From NCBI GenBank assembly GCA_003599345.1, contig QZJP01000009.1, positions 501 through 64,500 of the forward strand: DNA of 64,000 bases, given 5' to 3'. Positions 27,444 through 35,700 of the stretch are shown here, one piece after another. The translations under genes and the position numbers were made by a program. The DNA is from Bacillota bacterium (GTDB lineage: Bacteria > Bacillota > Sulfobacillia > UBA995 > UBA9673). Positions within the stretch are counted from its first letter, which is position 1. Every line of letters starts with the position of its first letter. The notes under the pieces were generated by a model. It did no database searches. It worked only from the letters and a program-made list of their open reading frames with translations, and had not been told where the DNA came from.

Positions 27444-29067
27444 ATACCGGCCCGAGCCGGGGCCGGAAAGGGCCTTTCGGGAACTCTGGGAGGACATCCG
27501 GGATGTCCTGGTCCGCCCGACCCGTGCCTTCTACCGCATCGTTGAAGGGGGACGTATCATCGCCCCGGTAGTGGCTGCCGGCTTGGTGGGGCTCGTGGGC
27601 TCCGGGTCGCAGACCCTCAAGGTCGCGATTCTCGCGGCTATCGGAGGTGGCTGGAGTAGCCTCTGGCTAGCCAAGTTCGTGCTGGCTTTTCTCCTTCTGT
27701 TCCCGCTCGGCTACGCGGCATGGGTCGCCGCGACAGCCGCGGCCGGAAGGGTCGTGGCGGGCAAGGGACTCGGCCTGGGGTTCCGGCAGCTCTTCCGCCG
27801 CTGCTGGTCGGCGTTAGGCTGGGTTTACTTGCCCCTGCTCGTGACGACGGTCATCGTTCTCGTCTGGGTATCGGTCTTCTCAGGCCCGGGCCTGCGCGAG
27901 GCGTTCAGACTAGGCGACGACAGCCTTACGCCCAGCTTCTTCTTTCCCGTGGCGCTGCCTTTGGGGCTGGCGATCAGCCTCTGGGTGGTCGTGCTCCTCG
28001 TCATCGCCGTCCGCCAGGCCTTGGCCACCGACACGGTCAGGGCCATGGTCGTCATCGCCGTCACCTGCCTGGCCGGCGCCGTACTGGTTCACACGCCGGT
28101 CGCGCGGAGCATAGCCACCGGCTTTGTCGATAGCGAGGGCCTTCTGGGCCGCGGGCGGGCTTCGGTCGTCATCAGCCTGGTCGCCTACACCTGGCCCCGG
28201 GAGAGAGCACCCGAGCGGGGGGACCTCGTGGCCCTGAGGGACCCCGTTCGCGGTTCGGCCGACGTGTTCGTGTTGGACACCCCATTCGGGGTTATCACTC
28301 ACGGCTATAAGGGAGTGCCCATGGCGCGGGTCATCGGCCTGCCGGGGGACAGGGTGGCCGTCGATGCCGGAGTGGTCCTCCTCAACGGAGAAGTTCTGGA
28401 CGAACCGTACCTGCGCGATGTCCCGTCCCACATGGCCCACCCGATGCTTCTCGACGTCGATGAAGTAACCGTCCCTGAAGGGCATGTCTTCGTCCTGCCC
28501 GACGACCGGTCCAAGGCGCTCGCCGGCACGGCACCGCACCACGTAACCCCGCTGGGCCACGTGCTCGGAAGAGTCGTGTCTCTTCAGGTGTCGCCCGGTA
28601 CTGTGGTCATGGAGCTGGGGGGACTCCAGAACCAAGGGGGGCAGGAGGTCACCGGCGGTGTCGTAAAGGTCGATCCCTTGGCGGGAGAGGCCGAACCCGG
28701 GATGTTACCGGCGAGCTGGCAGGCCGTGGCGAGGACTCCCTGGGGAGAGGTCGAGGAGCTTGATACTTGGGAGACCCCCTTTCCTTGGCTGGCCGCTGAC
28801 CCGAGGTCGGGCCTGGTGTTGATCGCGGAGAGACCGCGGGCGTCGCTCTCCGCCGCTGTAGTCGTGCGGCCGTCCGGCGTAGCGAAGCGCCTGTCTAAGC
28901 TTGTGACCGAGCCGCTGGCCTTCTCCGCGGAAGGCGACGGTTTCGCCGTCATGAGCCCCTCGACAGAAGGCGTGTCAGGGTCCTGGCCCGCGACGACTAC
29001 CTGCTGCTGGAAAGCGAAACCTGGGTCGAGGCCTACCTCTACGACCTCATGGCCGCGACTGGTATAG
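27430..29067 (+). CDS. Polytopic membrane protein (Yip1-like N-terminal domain) fused to a degenerate signal-peptidase-I (S26)-like domain; 3' end probably frameshifted to 29078
   Basis: GTG 27430 overlaps the anti-sigma stop. About six hydrophobic helices (27.5-28.1 kb). Then ..ERGDLVALRDP.., ..MARVIGLPGDRVAV..LLNGEVLDEPYL.., ..GHVFVLPDDRS.. align to S26 boxes B-E. However, Lys of the KR(V/I)IGLPGD box is Ala, and the SMxPT and GDNRxxSxDSR boxes are degenerate. Confidence 0.7.
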   Translation: MSAVRYRPEPGPERAFRELWEDIRDVLVRPTRAFYRIVEGGRIIAPVVAAGLVGLVGSGSQTLKVAILAAIGGGWSSLWLAKFVLAFLLLFPLGYAAWVAATAAAGRVVAGKGLGLGFRQLFRRCWSALGWVYLPLLVTTVIVLVWVSVFSGPGLREAFRLGDDSLTPSFFFPVALPLGLAISLWVVVLLVIAVRQALATDTVRAMVVIAVTCLAGAVLVHTPVARSIATGFVDSEGLLGRGRASVVISLVAYTWPRERAPERGDLVALRDPVRGSADVFVLDTPFGVITHGYKGVPMARVIGLPGDRVAVDAGVVLLNGEVLDEPYLRDVPSHMAHPMLLDVDEVTVPEGHVFVLPDDRSKALAGTAPHHVTPLGHVLGRVVSLQVSPGTVVMELGGLQNQGGQEVTGGVVKVDPLAGEAEPGMLPASWQAVARTPWGEVEELDTWETPFPWLAADPRSGLVLIAERPRASLSAAVVVRPSGVAKRLSKLVTEPLAFSAEGDGFAVMSPSTEGVSGSWPATTTCCWKAKPGSRPTSTTSWPRLV

Positions 29068-29082
29068 AGGGGAAGTGACGAG

Positions 29083-29559
29083 ATGGGAGTCGTGACCTTG
29101 TTCTTGATGGCTGTTGCCGATGGAAGCAGTTGGTTCTACAGGTCGACTTGGGGCGGAATCGTCCTGCGGGCGGTCACCTACCTGGTGGTCGTCACCGCCC
29201 TAGTTCTGGCGGTGTGGAGCGTTCTGCCCAGGCTCTTCCCGCCGCGCTGCCCCAAGTGCCGAGGACTGCTCGACAAGGAGAACAAGCGCGTCTACGAGGG
29301 CGAAAAGCGGGACCAAATCATCCTGCCGCCCATAGACCTCATCACTAGCCGGTGCCCGTCTTGCGGCCATGAAACGCGGAGCCTGGTCGCGGACACGGGC
29401 CCGACCTTCTTCGAGCGTGGGCAGAAGACCAGGTGGCCCTTCGGGTGGTCGAATTCACCAGAGGCCGCCAGGGAGACCGCCCGCGCCGTCCTGGAGTGGG
29501 ATCGGACCATGGAGCGCTTGAAGCGAGAATTCGACGCGCAGGATAGAAGGCGCGCCTAG
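29083..29559 (+). CDS. Membrane-anchored zinc-ribbon protein (hypothetical)
   Basis: 158 aa. Two N-terminal hydrophobic helices, then the CPKC..(33 aa)..CPSC pairs and a charged C-terminal helix. ATG follows SD GAGGGGAAG. Confidence 0.65.
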   Translation: MGVVTLFLMAVADGSSWFYRSTWGGIVLRAVTYLVVVTALVLAVWSVLPRLFPPRCPKCRGLLDKENKRVYEGEKRDQIILPPIDLITSRCPSCGHETRSLVADTGPTFFERGQKTRWPFGWSNSPEAARETARAVLEWDRTMERLKREFDAQDRRRA

Positions 29560-29562
29560 TCG

Positions 29563-29607
29563 ACAGGCACCGCCCCCGGTTTGCCGCGCGGTGCCTGTTT
29601 CTTTCTT
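29563..29607 (+). terminator. Rho-independent terminator closing the accessory block
   Basis: ACAGGCACCGC (29563-29573) pairs with GCGGTGCCTGT (29588-29598), followed by TTCTTTCTT. Confidence 0.8.
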
Positions 29608-29640
29608 AAGTTCTCCCGGCCGAGCCGGGTAGCGGCCTCG

Positions 29641-29671
29641 GAATAAACCCCCGCCCCGCGTGGGCAGAATC
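29641..29671 (+). promoter_or_regulatory. Candidate forespore (sigma-F/G type) promoter of sigG
   Basis: GAATA (29641-29645), 16 nt, GGGCAGAATC (29662-29671). Compare the published sigma-F pattern GYATA-N15-GGnnAnAHTR. One or two mismatches, and the spacing is off by about 1. Confidence 0.4.
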
Positions 29672-29723
29672 ACCCCTAGTCCCACACAGGCAATAAATGG
29701 GAGTGGGCAGGGGGAACTGGCAC

Positions 29724-30497
29724 GTGCTCGTCAACAAAGTCGAGATTTGCGGCGTTAACACGTCCAAGCTCCCAGTCCTGTCAGCCCCCAAGATGCGCGA
29801 GCTCTTCGTGCGCATGCAGAACGGCGAGACTTCCGCAAGAGAGCAACTCATCCACGGCAACCTCCGCCTCGTCCTGAGCGTGATCCAGAGGTTCAACAAC
29901 CGCGGCGAGTACGTGGACGACCTCTTCCAGGTCGGGTGCATAGGCCTCATCAAGGCCATCGACAACTTCGACCTCGGCCAGAACGTCAAGTTTTCAACCT
30001 ACGCCGTGCCGATGATCATCGGCGAGATAAGGCGCTACCTGCGCGACAACAACGCCATCAGGGTGAGCCGTTCACTCCGCGACATCGCCTACAAGGCCCT
30101 CCAGGTCAGGGACGGTCTTGTGAACAAGCATGCCCGCGAGCCCTCCATCAACGAGATAGCCGACGAGCTTAAGTTGCCCCGGGAGGACATCGTTTTCGCG
30201 CTGGACGCCATCCAGGAACCGATATCGCTGTTCGACCCCGTATATCACGACGGGGGCGACCCCATCTACGTCATGGACCAGATCGGCGACGAGAAGAACC
30301 ACGACTCGACCTGGCTCGAAGGCATTTCCATCCGGGAGGCGATGAGCAAGCTCTCCGAGCGGGAGCGCCTCATCCTGTCCCTTCGGTTCTACCAGGGAAA
30401 GACCCAGATGGAGGTCGCCGAAGAGATAGGTATCTCCCAGGCGCAGGTCTCGAGGCTCGAGAAAGCCGCTTTAGGCCACATGAGGAAGCTCATGTGA
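29724..30497 (+). CDS. sigG: Sporulation sigma factor SigG
   Basis: ..NKVEICGVNTSKLPVL..GNLRLVLSVIQRFNNRGEYVDDLFQVGCIGLIKAIDNFDL..VKFSTYAVPMIIGEIRRYLRDNNAIRVSRSLRD is almost collinear with B. subtilis SigG. GTG 29724 follows AGGGGGA. Confidence 0.95.
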   Translation: MLVNKVEICGVNTSKLPVLSAPKMRELFVRMQNGETSAREQLIHGNLRLVLSVIQRFNNRGEYVDDLFQVGCIGLIKAIDNFDLGQNVKFSTYAVPMIIGEIRRYLRDNNAIRVSRSLRDIAYKALQVRDGLVNKHAREPSINEIADELKLPREDIVFALDAIQEPISLFDPVYHDGGDPIYVMDQIGDEKNHDSTWLEGISIREAMSKLSERERLILSLRFYQGKTQMEVAEEIGISQAQVSRLEKAALGHMRKLM

Positions 30498-30531
30498 CCT
30501 CGTCCTTCCTCCGCTGCCCTCACTTACCGGC

Positions 30532-31602
30532 ATGCGGAACCTATTGCGGGGCAGACTAAGTAGCCATTTCACCACCGGTGAGGTGAGTTCCGGTGGGTTT
30601 GGAGTGACCACGGTGAGACCTGTCATCGAAGTCGAGAGGCGAGGCCGCGACCCCGGCTCCGGTAAAGCGAAAACGACCCCGGCCCGGCGGACGTTCGGCC
30701 GCGCGCTGTTGGGCCTGCTTGTCGCGTTTATCGGGTTGGCGGCCGCGGCGGGCTGGTACCTGCGCGCCGACCTGGCCTACGACACCAGTAACCTCATCCG
30801 GCTCCACGTCGTGGCGAACAGCGACACGCCGACAGACCAGGAGGTCAAGCTCGCCGTCCGCGACGCCATTCTGAAAGCGTCCGGGGAGTTGTTCACGTCC
30901 ACGCCGCCGGAAAACGCCGTCGAAGTGGTCACGGCCAACCTCCCGCTGTTCCAGCGCGTGGCCGAGAACGTCCTCAGGGCCAACGGCTACGACTACCCGG
31001 TCGGCGTGGAATTCGGCACCTTCTCCTTCCCGGAGAGAGCCTACGGTCCCCTCATGCTACCGGCGGGACAATATCAGGCGGTGAGAGTGGTCCTCGGCGA
31101 GGGGGAGGGAGCCAACTGGTGGTGCATTCTGTTCCCGCCCCTGTGCTACCTTGACGTGGTGGGCGGGAACCGGGAAACGGTGTGGGGCATCACGCCGTCA
31201 GGCAGCCTCGCCGGAGCTTCGGGGGCGCCCCTGGCTGACGGCGGGAGCCGCGTCCTGCCTTTGACCTCGCTCACCGAGGCTCAGCTAAGGGACCTTGAGG
31301 TCATCCTCAGCCGGGCTCTCGACAGCCTGGACAACGACACCCGCGCGGCCGGCGCCGGCCTGTCTGAAACGGACTTGGCCGCCATCGGCGACGGGCAACT
31401 CAGGGTCATAATCACGGATGTCCCGACTGACGACGATAGCGGCCTCGTCATACTCGTGGCCGACACCGGCGAAGACAAGACCGAGGTCCGGTTCTACGTC
31501 CTCGACAGGCTCCGGGATCTTTTCACTTCCCTGGCCGAGTGGGCGCCGTGGCTCGTGGGCGCCGCGGGCACCACGCCGGCGCACGTTCCGCCTCAGCGCT
31601 AG
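30532..31602 (+). CDS. spoIIR: Stage II sporulation protein R (SpoIIR), with long internal/C-terminal extension
   Basis: ..IRLHVVANSDTPTDQEVKLAVRDAILK.. and ..VLGEGEGANWWCILFPPLCYLD.. signatures. 356 aa from the longest start (a GTG near 30613 is possible), versus ~220 aa typical. Confidence 0.85.
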   Translation: MRNLLRGRLSSHFTTGEVSSGGFGVTTVRPVIEVERRGRDPGSGKAKTTPARRTFGRALLGLLVAFIGLAAAAGWYLRADLAYDTSNLIRLHVVANSDTPTDQEVKLAVRDAILKASGELFTSTPPENAVEVVTANLPLFQRVAENVLRANGYDYPVGVEFGTFSFPERAYGPLMLPAGQYQAVRVVLGEGEGANWWCILFPPLCYLDVVGGNRETVWGITPSGSLAGASGAPLADGGSRVLPLTSLTEAQLRDLEVILSRALDSLDNDTRAAGAGLSETDLAAIGDGQLRVIITDVPTDDDSGLVILVADTGEDKTEVRFYVLDRLRDLFTSLAEWAPWLVGAAGTTPAHVPPQR

Positions 31603-31791
31603 ATAGCCCCCTGGTCGAGACGGTGGAGTTCATGGCCTGACCCCGGCGCAGGGTGCCTCCCGGAAACCGGACTTGGCGTAGGACTCGTTCCCGAGTCCAT
31701 GAAGCCGTCCGGAAGGCTGCGCAGTGACCGCTGGCTCAAGCCTGCTCTCGGACATACCCGAGGGCCATATACTGTCCCGAGGTGGTCCCGC

Positions 31792-32046
31792 ATGGTCAGG
31801 GCGTCCGACCTCAGGCTCCGCGATGTGGTCAACGTCACCGACGGCACCAGGCTCGGCCTCATCAGCGATTTCGAACTCGACCTCGAGAAGGGCACGGTCA
31901 GGGCCATCATCGTCCCGGGCCCCGGGCGGTTCCTGGGGTTTCTCGGGCGCGAGACCGAGTACACCATCCCCTGGGAACGGATAAAGAAGATAGGCACCGA
32001 CGTCATCCTGGTGGATGTCCCCGCTTACACCGACCCGTCACGCTAG
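31792..32046 (+). CDS. YlmC/YmxH-family sporulation protein (PRC-barrel)
   Basis: 84 aa from ATG 31792 (SD GAGGTGG 6 nt upstream). MVRASDLRLRDVVNVTDGTRLGLISDFELDLEKGTVRAIIVPG..YTIPWERIKKIGTDVILVDV. Confidence 0.85.
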   Translation: MVRASDLRLRDVVNVTDGTRLGLISDFELDLEKGTVRAIIVPGPGRFLGFLGRETEYTIPWERIKKIGTDVILVDVPAYTDPSR

Positions 32047-32204
32047 CCGGCTGCCCTACTCCCCCCAAGCCGGCATCATTCGCGCGACGTTTCGTCAAGT
32101 TGGATTCCTTCCCGCATTTTGGCGAATTTGACCCTAAGGGGCAGTCTCTGACCGGTAGCCCTTTCCGGGACCTCCGGCAGCCCCGATTCCGCCCCTCCAG
32201 ACCT

Positions 32205-32234
32205 TTAGACCACAGCATGTAGGATGGGTATAAT
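32205..32234 (+). promoter_or_regulatory. Candidate sigma-A promoter of nrdR-nrdJ
   Basis: Perfect TATAAT at 32229-32234. The -35 is weak: TTAGAC at 32205-32210 (18-nt spacer). Confidence 0.5.
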
Positions 32235-32241
32235 GGAGAAG

Positions 32242-32257
32242 ACACTACAGGTAGTGA
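32242..32257. promoter_or_regulatory. NrdR box
   Basis: ACACTACAGGTAGTGA. Inverted repeat CACTAC-ag-GTAGTG fits the NrdR-box consensus acaCwAtATaTwGtgt. Sits 8 nt downstream of the -10. Confidence 0.6.
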
Positions 32258-32303
32258 GGAATGTCTGTTCTCCGGAACGCTTGTTCCCCGGGGGGTAGTC
32301 GTC

Positions 32304-32750
32304 TTGCGGTGCCCGGCGTGCGGCCGTCCCGACTCGCGAGTCCTCGACTCGCGCCCGGCCCAGGACCAGCGCATCATCAGAAGGCGGCGCGAGTGTGAGG
32401 GGTGCGGTAACCGGTTCACGACCTACGAGAGGGTCGAAGAGCCCCCCCTCGTGGTCACCAAGAAAGACAACAGGCGGGAAGCCTTCGACTCCCGGAAGAT
32501 TGTCGGCGGCCTCCTCAAGGCGTGCGAGAAACGCCCCGTCACCACCGAGGCCATAGAGAACCTGGCCGCCGAGGTCGAACAGGAGATACGGCAGCGGGGC
32601 TACGGCGAGGTTCCGTCGAGCGTCGTGGGCGAGCTGGTGATGGACAAGCTCCGCCGCCTCGACAAGGTGGCCTACGTGCGTTTTGCCTCAGTCTACAGGG
32701 AGTTCAAGGATCTCGAGGAGTTCAAGAGAGAAGTCGACCGCTTGCGCTAG
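32304..32750 (+). CDS. nrdR: Transcriptional repressor NrdR
   Basis: MRCPACG..CEGCGNRFTTYERVE zinc ribbon plus an ATP-cone (..REAFDSRKIVGGLLKACEKRPV..). Confidence 0.95.
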   Translation: MRCPACGRPDSRVLDSRPAQDQRIIRRRRECEGCGNRFTTYERVEEPPLVVTKKDNRREAFDSRKIVGGLLKACEKRPVTTEAIENLAAEVEQEIRQRGYGEVPSSVVGELVMDKLRRLDKVAYVRFASVYREFKDLEEFKREVDRLR

Positions 32751-32767
32751 ATGGGGAGGAGCTCTTG

Positions 32768-35700
32768 ATGCCGAGGGAACCCATCCTGTCGGAGAACGCG
32801 CTTGTCGTTCTTCAAAGCCGCTATCTGGCCAAGGATGAGCAAGGACGGGTCGCGGAGACACCGGCGGAGATGTTCCGGCGCGTCGCGCGGAACCTGGCCC
32901 TCATCGATGTCCTGTACCGCCCGGAGGTTTACGACAAGGTTGGCCGGCAGGACGCCATTGGCGGGGAGGATGCCGTCGGCCCGCGGGGCACCGGCGCCGG
33001 TCCCGGCGTGCCGGGCGAGTCCGGTGACTCGGACCTACCCTACTCCAGCCACGACCTGGCCACGTTGCGCCGGGCCTACGATAGCCTGCGCTCCCGCGGG
33101 CACATGAAGGTGTCGTTCGCGGGCCTTCTCGATGAGGCCCGGCGGAGCCGCCGGGAACTCGCCGCCGCCGAGGAGCGCCTCTACGAGGCCATGATCGACC
33201 TCGAACTCCTCTTCAACTCCCCCACCCTCATGAACGCCGGGCGGGAGCTTCAGCAGCTCTCCGCTTGTTTCGTCCTACCCATCGACGATTCGCTGACCGG
33301 CATTTTCGAAACCCTCAAGCACACCGCGCTGATCCACCAGTCAGGAGGAGGCTGCGTTGCGGGCGACGCCCTCGTCCACACGACGTTCTGCGGCGTGGAG
33401 GAGATATCGACCCTCTACGAGCGGGTCCGCCGGACGGGCCTGCCTGAGACGAGCGGAGGCCGCTACCGGGTCATGGACGTCAGGCACCTCGGCGTCAGGA
33501 CGATGTCCCTCGACCCGTCCACCGGAGGGTTCGAGGCGAAGCCCGTCACCCGCCTCTGGCGATGGGAAGTCCCGGTCGAGGAGCAGGTGACGGTTAGCTG
33601 CCGGGGCGGGGAATCGGTCACGACCAGCAGCTGGCACCCGTTCATGGTCTGGAGCGGCGGCCGGGTGGAAGAGAAGGCCGCCGGGGACCTACGCCCGGGA
33701 GACGTCCTGTTTCAGCCCAATCGCGCCGTCCGCGACCATTGGCCCGTAGCCGGATACCATGAGGACGAGGGGCTGGCTCTCGACGAGGGCCTGGCGTGGC
33801 TGGCCGGGTTCTTCCTCGGTGACGGCTCCTTCGAGGTCTTGACCGGCCGCGGGGCCGGCCACCGGGCCCTTCGGCTTCGCCTGCTCGGCGACCGGCGGGA
33901 GACCCTCGATTTCGCCGCCTCGGTCCTGGCGGGGCGCGGGGCGGAGGCTAACGTGCGGCCGGACTCCGGCGGCCGGTGGAGCCTCCAGACGACCGACCGG
34001 CGTTTCACGGGGCGGTTCGCGCGGCTCCTGGAGGCCATCCCCGGTCCGAAGACGGACCTGACCCTGCCGTCGGGGGTCTCGAAATCGCCCCTCCCGGTGA
34101 TCGGGGCCTTCCTGGGCGGGCTCACCGACTCCGGCGGCTACGTCGACCCCCGCGGGCGCCGGGTCGGATTCTCGACCGCCTACCCGAGCCTTGCCCGCCG
34201 CCTGCAGGCCTTGCTGAGCCTCCTTGGCTTCAGCCCCACCTTGCGCGTGAGGAAACCCAAGGGCCGGTCCAGGCAGCCGCTATTCGACGTGAAGTTCGCC
34301 GCGGCGACGAAGACTCATGAACTGGCCGGCCTGGTCCTCCCTTGGGTTCACGACCCCCTCAAGGCGGAACGTTTGGCCGCCCTCACGCGGCCCGCCGCCC
34401 GCGACACCCGCCGGCGCGTTCCGGTCAGGTTCGAGGACATTCGGGACCTCGTCGCGGCGGCGGGGGTGGAAACACGGGGCACCGCCATCCCCCGCGGCCC
34501 GGTGCGGATAGGCGGGGAGACGTTCTGGCTCCACCGGATGAAGTGGCAGGAGGGGATGAGCGAGGCCGGTCTCCTGCGGCTGGTCGGGGCCCTCCGGAGG
34601 GTCCTCGGACCCGAGCACCGGCCGCGGCTCGACCTCCTTAAGGCCCTGGCGAGCGGCTGGACCGTCGTCGAGCGGGTGGCTCCCGCGTCCACGCCGCAGG
34701 ACTTCTACGACTTCACCGTGGAGGGTCACAACAACTATCTGGCCGGAAGGGGTAATCTGGCCGTAATCCACAACACCGGGTTCTCCTTCTCCCGCCTGCG
34801 CCCCAAGGACGACATCGTCCGTTCCACCGGGGGCGTGGCCAGCGGGCCGGTATCCTTCATGAAGGTCTTCGACGCGGCCACCAATGCCGTCAAGCAGGGC
34901 GGGACGCGCCGGGGGGCCAACATGGGCATCCTCCGCTGCGACCACCCCGACATCCTGGAGTTCATCGACTCCAAGGTGGACAGCCAGGCCATCACCAACT
35001 TCAACATCTCGGTCGGGCTGACCGACAAGTTCATGGAGGCGGTCGGGAGGGACGAGGTCTATGAGCTCAGAAACCCGCGCACCGGGGAGGTCACGGGAGA
35101 GTTCAAGGCCCGGGAGGTCTTCGAGAAGGTGGCGAAACGCGCCTGGGCCAACGGCGAACCCGGGGTCATCTTCCTCGACCGCCTGAACGCGGCCAACCCC
35201 ACGCCGCAGATAGGGGAGATAGAGAGCACCAACCCCTGCGGCGAGCAGCCTCTCCTGCCGTTCGAGTCCTGCAACCTCGCTTCGCTCAACCTCGGCCGGA
35301 TGGTGCGGGGCGGCCGGTTCGACTTCGAACGTCTCGGCTCCCTGGTCCACCTGGCCGTCCGCTACCTTGACAACGTCATCGACGCCAATCGTTACCCGAT
35401 GCCCGAGATAGAGCGGATGACCAAGGGGAACCGGAAGATAGGTCTTGGGGTCATGGGCTGGGCCGACGCCCTGATCCAGCTCGGCATCCCGTACGACTCG
35501 GAGGAGGCCGTCGCCCTCGCCGAGGAGGTCATGGGCTTCATCGATGCCGAGTCCAAGAAGGCGTCTACAGAACTCGCGAGGTCGAGAGGGCCCTTCCCGA
35601 ATTTCCCCGGTTCGGCTCTCGACAAGACCGGCCTCGAGCCCCGGCGCAACGCTACCACCACGACTATTGCCCCCACGGGGACCATAAGCATCATCGCCGG

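Noticed and set aside
32047-32228. Possible riboswitch (for example cobalamin) or T-box in the unusually AT-richer 250-bp region upstream of nrdR-nrdJ.
   Set aside because: I recognise no B12-box-like or T-box specifier/antiterminator motifs. The region is better explained by a weak ylmC terminator hairpin plus the promoter and NrdR box.
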